Below are positions 27,556 to 36,582 of a stretch of DNA of 64,000 nucleotides, piece by piece. Every line of letters begins with the position of its first letter. Position 1 is the stretch's first letter. The stretch comes from Gammaproteobacteria bacterium (lineage in GTDB: Bacteria > Pseudomonadota > Gammaproteobacteria > GCA-001735895), in assembly GCA_050306135.1 (NCBI GenBank), contig JBNLGQ010000112.1, forward strand, positions 67,794-131,793, in the 5' to 3' direction. Position numbers and translations under genes: made by a program. The notes under the pieces were generated by a model. That model was not told the DNA's origin. It did no database searches and saw only the letters and a program-made list of their open reading frames with translations.

Positions 27556-28029
27556 TTATTTTTTTAAATCTTCAGAAGAGCCAGATTTGAAAAATTTGCT
27601 CTGTAATTCACTTAGCTTTTCAAGATTTTGACTGGTCATTTGCATCCAGAAATCCATCGGAGAGTTCTTGAAAACCTTATCCATCTGGTTCACTAGAGAG
27701 CCCTGTTGCTCAGAAAATAACTGCATACTGGCCTGTAAAAAGCTGGAGAAATAATCTCGATTGGTCTGACTGTTGTTGCGGATAAATTCGGAAAGAATAT
27801 CGCTATTAAATAGTGGTTCGTTATTGTTTTCCTGCTCCATGATAATCTGTAACAGAATACTACGGGTAAGATCTTCGCCGGTTTTCTGATCCACAACCTT
27901 AAATGGTGTGTTGTCTATAACCATCTGTTTGGCATCATCAAGGGTGATATAACGACTATCCTGAGTATCGTATAAGCGACGGTTGGGGTATTTTTTTATA
28001 AGACGTTCATTATCACTAGTTTCTGACAC
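27556..28029 (-). CDS. phaR: PHA synthesis repressor PhaR
   Basis: KKYPNRRLYDT signature near the N-terminus. 157 aa. Apparent GTG start. Confidence 0.85.
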   Translation of the reverse strand: MSETSDNERLIKKYPNRRLYDTQDSRYITLDDAKQMVIDNTPFKVVDQKTGEDLTRSILLQIIMEQENNNEPLFNSDILSEFIRNNSQTNRDYFSSFLQASMQLFSEQQGSLVNQMDKVFKNSPMDFWMQMTSQNLEKLSELQSKFFKSGSSEDLKK

Positions 28030-28050
28030 AGCATGTTTCCTCAGGTTATT

Positions 28051-28081
28051 TGCAGCGCATCTTAGCTCAAGATGCGCTGCA
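28051..28081. promoter_or_regulatory. 31 bp perfect palindrome TGCAGCGCATCTT-agctc-AAGATGCGCTGCA between phaA and phaR; candidate PhaR autoregulatory site
   Basis: 13 bp arms, TGC-rich, 22 bp upstream of the phaR start. No T-tract on the minus strand, so it is unlikely to be a simple terminator. Confidence 0.4.
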
Positions 28082-28097
28082 TCACTAATAGACTTGA

Positions 28098-29285
28098 TTA
28101 ATCTACCAATTCAACTGCCATAGCAACACCCTGGCCACCACCGATACACAGGGTAGCAAGTCCTTTTTTCGCTGATTTACGTTGCATACCATGTAACAGA
28201 GTTACCAGTATACGAGCACCGGAAGCGCCTATCGGGTGACCTAATGAAATAGCACCACCGCTAACATTAACCTTATCCGTATCCCAGCCAAGTGTTTTAT
28301 TGACTGAAAGTGCCTGTGCTGCGAAAGCTTCATTGGATTCAATTAGATCAAGATCAGAAATATCCCAACCTGCTTTTTGCAGGCATTTCTGAGTAGAAGG
28401 AATGGGTCCTGTGCCCATAATCTTGGGATCAACACCAGCACTGGAGAAAGCCACGATACGGGCAATCGGTTTCAAACCAAGCTCTTTGGCTTTCGATTCT
28501 GTCATTACCATAACTGCGGCCGCGCCATCGTTGATACCGGAAGCGTTACCAGCGGTAACCGTACCATCTTTTTTGAAAGCAGGGCGTAATCCCCCCAGCT
28601 TTTCTGCAGTAGTACCAGCGCGGGGAAATTCGTCTTTTGCAAAGACTAGAGGGTCACCCTTGCGTTGAGGGATAGTGACAGGAGTAATCTCTTTGTCAAA
28701 ATTGCCGGCATTTTGAGCGGCTTCAGTTTTTTGTTGTGAAGCAGCAGAGAAAGCATCCTGATCATCACGTGTTAAGGAGAACTGTTCTGCAATATTTTCT
28801 GCGGTGACACCCATATGAATATTATTCATGGCACACCATAGACCATCAACAATCATGCTGTCTTCCAGCTCCCAGTTACCCATCATCTTACCGTTGCGAG
28901 ACTTAGGTAAAACATGTGCAGAAAGACTCATATTTTCCTGACCACCTGCAATCACAATATCTGCATCACCACAGCTTACTGATTGAAATGCCAGATGAAC
29001 GGCCTTTAAACCACTGCCACAAACTTTATTAATGGTCATTGCTGAAGATGTATCGGGAAGTCCTGCAGCTAAAGCGGTTTGACGAGCAGGGTTTTGACCA
29101 GCACCAGCAGTAAGAACCTGACCTAAAATGACTTCATCGATCTGATCTGCAGGCACACCGGACTGATCAAGCAAAGATTTGACAACAGTGGAGCCGAGCT
29201 CAACTGCAGAAACATTCGACAGTGAGCCTCCGAAGGAGCCAATGGCGGTTCTTGTAGCATGGGTGATGACAATAGATTCGGACAT
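28098..29285 (-). CDS. phaA: acetyl-CoA acetyltransferase (beta-ketothiolase PhaA)
   Basis: Thiolase active-site Cys in NKVCGSGLKA. C-terminal GGGQG motif. Start at MSESIVITHATRTAIGSFGG with an AAGAGG RBS. Confidence 0.85.
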   Translation of the reverse strand: MSESIVITHATRTAIGSFGGSLSNVSAVELGSTVVKSLLDQSGVPADQIDEVILGQVLTAGAGQNPARQTALAAGLPDTSSAMTINKVCGSGLKAVHLAFQSVSCGDADIVIAGGQENMSLSAHVLPKSRNGKMMGNWELEDSMIVDGLWCAMNNIHMGVTAENIAEQFSLTRDDQDAFSAASQQKTEAAQNAGNFDKEITPVTIPQRKGDPLVFAKDEFPRAGTTAEKLGGLRPAFKKDGTVTAGNASGINDGAAAVMVMTESKAKELGLKPIARIVAFSSAGVDPKIMGTGPIPSTQKCLQKAGWDISDLDLIESNEAFAAQALSVNKTLGWDTDKVNVSGGAISLGHPIGASGARILVTLLHGMQRKSAKKGLATLCIGGGQGVAMAVELVD

Positions 29286-29484
29286 GGATTGAAAACCTCT
29301 TGTTATTAATTTATTAGGATGCTTCACTGCCCTTGAGGACATAGTTAAATGCAAATACCTGTCAACAGGCTCTGCTACATAATTTGTATTGAAATTATCC
29401 TACATATTTAAACACGATTAATTGTTGCGGTGCAACATTTAGAATGGTAGTGTTTTACGATTAACACCGCTGGGGGAAAGATTA

Positions 29485-30525
29485 ATGTCAAATAACAATA
29501 ATGATGGTCAGGATTATCTAGCTCAACTTTACGATTTACAAAAACAGTACATGAGCAACCTGCAACAGATGATGCAACCGCAGGCACCCACAAACCCAAT
29601 GGAACAGATGTTTAAAGCCTGGATGCCGGGAAATGCCTCCCCCAGCAATCCATTTGAACAGATGCAGAACCCAATAAATAGCTGGATGCAGCAAACGGGG
29701 ATGGGTTCGATGAACTCACTCTACCAGCAAATGAATGAACAATTTAAATCCCAGTTACAGAATCCATTCGCCTCATTAATGATGCCGGGCATTCAGAACC
29801 AGTTCAAAATGCCAGAATTACCAGATATGAGCAGCATGAAATCGCCTTTTATAGATATGATGCAAGGGTTATTCAATGATGATGAGCGTAGCAAGGCTGA
29901 AGCGCTGATGAATTCTTTAAAGGATTACCAGCAGGTATCGATGGAGATAAACCATTTAATGGCTCAACTCGCTATTGAAAGCCTGGAAAAATTACAGCAA
30001 AAAGTTAACGAAAAAGATAAACAGGATCTTAATAATGTACCTCAGTGGTGGGTTGAGATTACTCAATCTGTTTTTGAAGAATCAAAAACGAGTGAAGCCT
30101 ATCAGGAATTACAGAAAAAAATGGAAATGGTACAGTCAAAACTGGAAGATGATAAAGAGCAGTATCGTGAGACTCTTGCCCAGAGCCTGGGTCTGGTTAC
30201 TGAAAAAACCTATAATGCGATGCAGATGCAACTGGAAGCATTGCAGAAACAAATTAAGGAATTGAGTGAAAAGAAGATTGATCAGGAAGCAATAAATGCA
30301 GCTGCTGAAGATTTCACCGTGCTTAACGGTATTGGGCAGAAGTTTAATGAAAAGCTACATGAACAAGGTGTAAACAACTTGAAGCAGTTAGCCTCTATGT
30401 CAGATGAAATGCTTAAACATCTTGATGGTGAATTGCAGACAAAAGGAAAAGTTTTCCAGGATCAGTGGCGTGAACAGGCCGAGCAGTTTTTAAATTCCAT
30501 GTCGGGAAAACCCGCAAAAAAGTAA
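29485..30525 (+). CDS. Q/M/N/P-rich low-complexity protein with C-terminal helix-hairpin-helix; possible PHA-granule associated protein by context
   Basis: 346 aa. The N-terminal 130 aa contain repeated NP(F/M)EQM and MMPG motifs. A central coiled coil. C-terminal FTVLNGIGQKFNEKLHEQGVNNLKQLA HhH-like motif. Confidence 0.35.
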   Translation: MSNNNNDGQDYLAQLYDLQKQYMSNLQQMMQPQAPTNPMEQMFKAWMPGNASPSNPFEQMQNPINSWMQQTGMGSMNSLYQQMNEQFKSQLQNPFASLMMPGIQNQFKMPELPDMSSMKSPFIDMMQGLFNDDERSKAEALMNSLKDYQQVSMEINHLMAQLAIESLEKLQQKVNEKDKQDLNNVPQWWVEITQSVFEESKTSEAYQELQKKMEMVQSKLEDDKEQYRETLAQSLGLVTEKTYNAMQMQLEALQKQIKELSEKKIDQEAINAAAEDFTVLNGIGQKFNEKLHEQGVNNLKQLASMSDEMLKHLDGELQTKGKVFQDQWREQAEQFLNSMSGKPAKK

Positions 30526-30542
30526 TTCATAGGTAGTTTGTA

Positions 30543-32717
30543 ATGTCATATATCCATATTAAAAATATCAAGGTTGCACAGTCACTGGTTGATTTTGTCA
30601 ATACAGAGGTTTTACCAGAACTGGAAATGGACTCAGCGATTTATTGGGAAAATTTCGAATCCATAATGACCTCTTTCAGTAAAGAGAATGTCGAGTTATT
30701 AAACAAAAGAGATGAAATCCAGCAACAGATTGATGGCTGGCATAAAAAGAATAAGTACGATGCAGGCAACCTGGATAGCTATAAGCAATTTCTAACTGAA
30801 ATCGGTTATATCGTTCCCGAAAAAGAAGATTTTAAAGTCAATATTGAAAATGTAGACCGTGAAATTTCAAGTGTTGCCGCCCCTCAACTGGTGGTTCCCA
30901 TCAATAATGCACGCTTTGCAATCAATGCAGCGAATGCAAGATGGGGCAGTCTATACGATGCACTGTACGGTACTGACATGATTGCTGACGAAGGCGAAAC
31001 TGCGATTGGTAAGCAATATAATAAACAGCGTGGTCAGGCGGTATTTGATTTCTGTACCCAATGGCTGGATAAGGTACTACCGCTGCAGGGTGGTGTATCT
31101 CATGCGGAGGTTAAGGAATACGGCCTGGAACTGATCATGGGCATAGAGAGACCTTTCTTTAAACTGGACAATGGTGTACGAGTCAAGTTACAGGATGCAG
31201 ATCAGTTTAAAGGCTACTCGCATAGTGGTGATCTGGTACTTTTATTTATCCATAATGATCTTTATTTTGAGCTTAGAATCAATAAGAGAAGCATCATAGG
31301 TCAGCATCATCCAGCAGGTTTAACCGATATTATTCTGGAAGCTGCAGTTACCACCATTGAAGATTGTGAAGATTCAGTTGCGGCGGTAGATACAGAAGAC
31401 AAAATGCTGGTGTATCGAAACTGGAGAATGTTAGTGCATGGCGAACTGTGTTTCGAAATGCGCAAAGATGGCAAATCATTTACCCGTGTATTAAACGCGA
31501 ATCGCGAGTATCGAAATAAGAAAGGTGAGGCATTCAGCTTACCTGGTCGCAGTTTGATGCTGGTGCGAAATACAGGCTTACATATGAAGACAGATCTGGT
31601 GCTGGATGCAAAAGATCAAATGATGCCCGAAGGTCTGGTCGATGGTTTAATCACGGTTTTGATTTCGCTTTACGATATTTCAAAGCGCCATGCTTACAAC
31701 AATAGCCGTAAAAAGAGTATTTATATCGTAAAGCCCAAGATGCACGGGCCAGAAGAAGTGGCTTTTACCTGTCGCTTGTTTGATGCCATCGAAGAAGCTT
31801 ATAGCTTACCGAAGAATACCGTAAAAATCGGTATTATGGATGAAGAAAGAAGAACCACTGTAAACCTGAAAGAATGTATCAGAGAGGCTAAGGAAAGAGT
31901 TATTTTTATCAATACCGGTTTTCTGGATCGCACCGGTGATGAAATCCATACCAGTATGAAAATTGGTGCCATGCTGCCTAAAGGAGAGATCAAAGGCGAA
32001 AGCTGGATGACAGCCTATGAGAACTGGAATGTAGATACTGGGTTAATGTGCGGACTGGACGGTGTTGCACAGATTGGTAAGGGCATGTGGGCTGTGCCAG
32101 ACCAGATCAAGGCCATGTACGACAGTAAGCAGACTCACCCGGAAGCCGGTGCCAACTGCGCATGGGTTCCCTCACCTACCGCTGCGGTAATACATGCCCT
32201 GCATTACCATAATGTCTATGTAAAACAGGAACAGCAAAAGATTAAGCTGAGAAATCGCGCCAATATAGACCACATATTGACGGTTCCTCTGCTGCCTAAG
32301 AATAGAAAATTATCTGACAGCGAAATTCAGCAGGAACTGGATAATAATGCCCAGGGTATTTTAGGTTATGTTGTGAAATGGATAGATCAGGGTGTGGGTT
32401 GTTCCAAGGTGCCGGACATCCATGATGTAGGCCTGATGGAAGATCGCGCTACACTGCGTATTTCCAGCCAGCACATGGCTAACTGGCTATTACACGGTTT
32501 ATGCACTGAAGAGCAGGTAGTTGAAACCTTTAAGCGTATGGCCAAGGTGGTGGATAAGCAAAATAGCACAACACCTGGTTACAGAAATATGGCACCGAAA
32601 TTCGACGGTGTGGCATTTGAAGCAGCATTGCAACTGGTTTTACAGGGTGCCGAATCCGCTAATGGCTATACTGAAGACCTGCTACAAAAGTATCGATTAA
32701 AAGCCAAGCATGCCTGA
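30543..32717 (+). CDS. glcB: malate synthase G
   Basis: 724 aa. Length and N-terminus are typical of GlcB. Conserved catalytic region. The RBS overlaps the preceding stop. Confidence 0.85.
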   Translation: MSYIHIKNIKVAQSLVDFVNTEVLPELEMDSAIYWENFESIMTSFSKENVELLNKRDEIQQQIDGWHKKNKYDAGNLDSYKQFLTEIGYIVPEKEDFKVNIENVDREISSVAAPQLVVPINNARFAINAANARWGSLYDALYGTDMIADEGETAIGKQYNKQRGQAVFDFCTQWLDKVLPLQGGVSHAEVKEYGLELIMGIERPFFKLDNGVRVKLQDADQFKGYSHSGDLVLLFIHNDLYFELRINKRSIIGQHHPAGLTDIILEAAVTTIEDCEDSVAAVDTEDKMLVYRNWRMLVHGELCFEMRKDGKSFTRVLNANREYRNKKGEAFSLPGRSLMLVRNTGLHMKTDLVLDAKDQMMPEGLVDGLITVLISLYDISKRHAYNNSRKKSIYIVKPKMHGPEEVAFTCRLFDAIEEAYSLPKNTVKIGIMDEERRTTVNLKECIREAKERVIFINTGFLDRTGDEIHTSMKIGAMLPKGEIKGESWMTAYENWNVDTGLMCGLDGVAQIGKGMWAVPDQIKAMYDSKQTHPEAGANCAWVPSPTAAVIHALHYHNVYVKQEQQKIKLRNRANIDHILTVPLLPKNRKLSDSEIQQELDNNAQGILGYVVKWIDQGVGCSKVPDIHDVGLMEDRATLRISSQHMANWLLHGLCTEEQVVETFKRMAKVVDKQNSTTPGYRNMAPKFDGVAFEAALQLVLQGAESANGYTEDLLQKYRLKAKHA

Positions 32718-32740
32718 TATTTTTTAATATTTAAGACCTG

Positions 32741-32772
32741 AGAAAGCCGCTAAAAGCGGCTTTCTTTTTTAC
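32741..32772 (+). terminator. rho-independent terminator after glcB
   Basis: aaagccgct-aaaa-gcggcttt hairpin followed by cttttttac. Confidence 0.75.
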
Positions 32773-33389
32773 TGACCCGGCTGTTTTATTAAATCCCACC
32801 CTGGCTGGTAAAAAGTCTGCATCGAACGAATAAATAGCTGTGCGCCTTTTTCTGCACAGCTCGCTTCAATTTCTAATCTCGTTGCTGTAGCGGGTTTTAC
32901 ACTCGCCTGTAGTACGATATCACCACAGTCAAATGACTCACTCAATAGGTGTAAGCTCACTCCAAAATTCGACTCCCCAGCATGCAGCTGATCGCTAATC
33001 GGATCAAATCCCCGAAAAGCTGGTAATAAGGAGGGATGAAGATTAACAGCAGCACAATTCACACTATTTATAACTTCAGCAGTGATTAGTTCAGGCCAAC
33101 AGACGACCAGTAAAAAGTCTATATGGTGTTGTTTAATCCAGTCTGCAAGCGGTAGCGAGTTTTGATAATAGTATGCAATATCGTGTTGTTTCGACAGCAT
33201 ATATACAGGCGTCAATGATCGTGAACTTTCAACAGGTATATTCTCAAAATATCCAGTGGCTTCGGATATTTGTGAACCGTATTGTACATAAGCAAGCGGC
33301 ATACAATCAGCGGATATCAGCTGTTTGAGAAGCTGAAAAGTCAGGTTGGAGCCACTGCCAAGCAGTAGAAAGTTTGGGGGCCTGGGCAT
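32769..33389 (-). CDS. formyltransferase-domain protein (Fmt/PurN N-terminal-like)
   Basis: 206 aa. NLHPSLLPAFRG matches the formyl_trans_N catalytic region (HxSLLPxxRG). Confidence 0.55.
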   Translation of the reverse strand: MPRPPNFLLLGSGSNLTFQLLKQLISADCMPLAYVQYGSQISEATGYFENIPVESSRSLTPVYMLSKQHDIAYYYQNSLPLADWIKQHHIDFLLVVCWPELITAEVINSVNCAAVNLHPSLLPAFRGFDPISDQLHAGESNFGVSLHLLSESFDCGDIVLQASVKPATATRLEIEASCAEKGAQLFIRSMQTFYQPGWDLIKQPGQ

Positions 33390-33499
33390 TTACATACAGT
33401 AACAAGAGATTTCAGATAAGAGTATATCTATTCGGACTAAAAAAAATTTTGCCATGTAAAAAATGCCTGATATAAAGATACAACCTTGAGGAGGATACA

Positions 33500-33865
33500 A
33501 TGAAAAAAACCAGTGATCTAATCTGGCAGGATAAACAACATCAGGTTCTATTCGAACTCATAGATCAGCTAGAGACTGGGCATGGTGATTCATCAGTATT
33601 CCGGCGTCTCAATGAATTCGCTGAAAATCATTTTTCACTGGAAGAAGAATATATGATGATACTCGAATTTCCACATTACGATGCGCATAAACGCGCGCAT
33701 GACAAATTCAGGAGTGAGCTGGAATTAATGATAAGAGAATGTCATACCTACGATATCAAGTTCTGTTCAGCATTAGCTGAATTTCTGCGCGAGTGGTTGC
33801 GCAGCCATATTTTTGGAATAGATAAAGCCCTGGAAGACTTTATCCTGAAATCCGACGCCAAATAA
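33500..33865 (+). CDS. hemerythrin-like metal-binding protein
   Basis: 121 aa. W..K.H...F..I..L pattern with His/Glu ligands. A paralogue of the ORF at 993. Confidence 0.6.
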   Translation: MKKTSDLIWQDKQHQVLFELIDQLETGHGDSSVFRRLNEFAENHFSLEEEYMMILEFPHYDAHKRAHDKFRSELELMIRECHTYDIKFCSALAEFLREWLRSHIFGIDKALEDFILKSDAK

Positions 33866-33881
33866 CTGGAAAAACAGGCAA

Positions 33882-34775
33882 TTGAACATTTCGCAAACGA
33901 CACAGGGCTTTCTGTATGGCTTTCTGGCTTACAGTATGTGGGGAGTATTTCCCCTGTTTTTCCATTTATTTCGAGATATCTCTTCAACCGAGGTCCTGTT
34001 ACACAGGGTTATCTGGTCATTTGTATTTGTGTTAGGCATCCTGCTGTTGAGGGGCTGGTATAAACGTTTAATTGAGGCCATTCGTAAACCTGCATTGATA
34101 CGAGGCCTGGTATTCTCGGCTTTTCTGGTAAGTTTAAACTGGCTGATCTATATCTGGGCGGTAGGTCAGGGTCGTGTTGTTGAATCCAGTCTGGGTTATT
34201 TTTTGACACCTTTAGTGAGTGTATTTCTGGCACGGGTATTTCTGCAGGAAAGGTTAAACCGAAAACAGCTACTAGCTATTGTTTTAGCCACTTTGGGCAT
34301 TATCTGGCTGGTAGTCAAACTGGGTAATTTACCCTGGATCTCATTAACCCTGGCAGCAAGTTTTGGACTGTATGGTCTGGTTAGAAAACGCCTGGAGGTT
34401 GATACATTAACCGGTTTGACGGTAGAAACGGGTTTAATGTTTCCTCTGGCCATGTGTTACTGGTTTTATCTTATTCAGCATAACGCTGACCATTTTTATC
34501 AGGCGCAAGATACCTACACACTGTTACTGCTTTCCTGTGGCGCAGTCACTTCAGTTCCTTTATTACTGTTTGCTTCAGCCACCAAAAAGCTAACGCTATC
34601 GATTATTGGTTTCATGATGTATATAAACCCGACTTTGCAATTCTTAATCGCGCTGTTTATCTTAAAAGAACCTTTTAATCATGATCAATTTATCGGTTTC
34701 TGCTTTATTTGGGCCGCATTGATCGTATTCACACTGGGATCGATAAAGAAAAGAACTCAGTTGGTCCGAGGTTAA
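33882..34775 (+). CDS. rarD: EamA-family transporter RarD
   Basis: 297 aa, 10 TM. N-terminus GFLYGFLAYSMWGVFPLFF is typical of RarD. Confidence 0.75.
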   Translation: MNISQTTQGFLYGFLAYSMWGVFPLFFHLFRDISSTEVLLHRVIWSFVFVLGILLLRGWYKRLIEAIRKPALIRGLVFSAFLVSLNWLIYIWAVGQGRVVESSLGYFLTPLVSVFLARVFLQERLNRKQLLAIVLATLGIIWLVVKLGNLPWISLTLAASFGLYGLVRKRLEVDTLTGLTVETGLMFPLAMCYWFYLIQHNADHFYQAQDTYTLLLLSCGAVTSVPLLLFASATKKLTLSIIGFMMYINPTLQFLIALFILKEPFNHDQFIGFCFIWAALIVFTLGSIKKRTQLVRG

Positions 34776-35825
34776 TCAACGCTGTACACCGCTATAACGG
34801 CGCCATTGCTGAAAGCTATCGTATTTTAAATAGCCTTTGGTCAGAATATAACCAAGAATACTGCGCATACGATAGAGTTTGACCACTGAATCGACACGCA
34901 AAATTTCTATACCCTGCTCATTAAAGAAGACTGTTGTCGGTGAGTAATGTATACCCAGCTTCTCGGCCCAATCGCGTGCGGATGTTTTCTCACCCGCGGG
35001 TGTCATGACAGGCGTATCCGACCATGCATCCAGTTGTCTTATTTCAAACCCTGCTAACCATTGCTGTGTAACTTCATTATTGAGCGGTTCTGAATGTAAT
35101 TGATCGCAGGCATGGCATTCCTTTTGTTCAAAGATTACTGCCAGAGGTTTACTCCCTGCGATAACACGTCTATCAAGAATAATAGGACCTTTCAGTATTT
35201 GCTCATGTTCGTTCAGGTCTTCCTGTGAGAATTTTGGTGGGGGGGCGGCGCGTTCAAGGTAATCACGAAAGCTTTCAAATTTATAAAAATCTTCAACAAC
35301 ATAGGTGAGCATGGCCTGAAAGCGATACGGGGGATAGTAACCGCGCATCCTGAAAGCCATATCACCGACTTCGTCGTAAAAAATAATGGAGGGCGTGAAA
35401 TTGGTATTTTCTCGAATCGACAAATTACGTTCACTAATCTGACTGCCATCAAACATGGTGATCATACGACTACCCCAGATATCCAGAGGAATAATTTCAT
35501 AGTTATCCTGAAGGTATTTAACGATATCGGGTTTGGTTAAGTTTATTTCCATCAGTGCCTTGCAATAGGCACAATGCTCCTGACCAAAGTATAAAGCGAT
35601 GCCCTGTTTGCCCTCGGCTTTTGCCTGCTGTAGATCTTCACGAAGATCGAGAAAGGATTCCTTAAACCATTCAGGATGATGAATTTCACGTTCCAGTGGG
35701 GCATCGTTAAAGCCCTCTTCAAAATCTTTTTGAAAACTGGAAGACTGCTTAGCGTTAACTGCTGTAATCGGGAAAAATATTAATACGGTGAGGAAGACAG
35801 ATTTCAGAGCAAAGAGCTTAAACAT
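34776..35825 (-). CDS. secreted thioredoxin-fold protein with two CxxC motifs
   Basis: Signal peptide. CAYC and CHAC motifs, each in a thioredoxin-like context. Confidence 0.5.
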   Translation of the reverse strand: MFKLFALKSVFLTVLIFFPITAVNAKQSSSFQKDFEEGFNDAPLEREIHHPEWFKESFLDLREDLQQAKAEGKQGIALYFGQEHCAYCKALMEINLTKPDIVKYLQDNYEIIPLDIWGSRMITMFDGSQISERNLSIRENTNFTPSIIFYDEVGDMAFRMRGYYPPYRFQAMLTYVVEDFYKFESFRDYLERAAPPPKFSQEDLNEHEQILKGPIILDRRVIAGSKPLAVIFEQKECHACDQLHSEPLNNEVTQQWLAGFEIRQLDAWSDTPVMTPAGEKTSARDWAEKLGIHYSPTTVFFNEQGIEILRVDSVVKLYRMRSILGYILTKGYLKYDSFQQWRRYSGVQR

Positions 35826-35883
35826 CTTCGAAAATTACTACTCAGCTACTACTGCTAAGGAAAATTTTTTTAAAGTCATCTGC

Positions 35884-36333
35884 TTATTGCACAAGAAAAT
35901 TAGAAAATAAAACTTCTTCTATATCATCCCTTCCCACCAGATCTTTATAAACACTACGCACTTTATCGGTAATCTGTTTACGAAGCTTTTCGCGCTCAAC
36001 TGGCGATTTCATTTTGGCAGAATCCTGTTCACTAAGCATTAAAATGACCTGATGACGTAGGGCAGGCATGTGTAACGTAACCGAATCAATACTATCTTCA
36101 TCCCTGACCAGAACATCCGCCTTCAATTGAACAAAGGTCAGGCGAGGACTATCTGTGGCCAGATTAAGCACCATTGCCTCACCCATAGAAACATAACCCG
36201 GTGTTAATTCAACCTTTTCCGGTTCATCTGCTGCCATCAGCGGTAAGGTGAAAATCAGTAGCAACAGGCCGAGTAATATTTTTTGCATGGTTATTTCCGA
36301 GTGAATTGATACTATATTCATGTTTTTTAACAA
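35884..36333 (-). CDS. FliL-like membrane protein (orphan)
   Basis: Single TM, then YVSMGEAMVLNL...VLFSNFLVQ matching the FliL family pattern. The likely real start is MQKILLG at 36288. Confidence 0.5.
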   Translation of the reverse strand: MLKNMNIVSIHSEITMQKILLGLLLLIFTLPLMAADEPEKVELTPGYVSMGEAMVLNLATDSPRLTFVQLKADVLVRDEDSIDSVTLHMPALRHQVILMLSEQDSAKMKSPVEREKLRKQITDKVRSVYKDLVGRDDIEEVLFSNFLVQ

Positions 36334-36345
36334 TTTTTAAATTCT

Positions 36346-36582
36346 ATGACACCACAACATATCGAGCAAAAAATTATTCAGGGTATGCCTGATGCCAGTG
36401 TTTCAGTTTCTGGCGATGAAGGTAAATATACCGCTCAGGTAGTTAGCGAACAATTTGCCGGCCTGACTACGATTAAACGACATAAACTGGTCTATGCCTG
36501 TGTGAATGATGATATTGCTTCAGGTGCATTACACGCTTTAACGATAGTTGCAAAAACGCCGCAGGAAATCACTCAGGGGTAG
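36346..36582 (+). CDS. BolA family protein (IbaG/YrbA-like)
   Basis: 78 aa. BolA fold signature with conserved His (TPQEI...HAL). Confidence 0.7.
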   Translation: MTPQHIEQKIIQGMPDASVSVSGDEGKYTAQVVSEQFAGLTTIKRHKLVYACVNDDIASGALHALTIVAKTPQEITQG

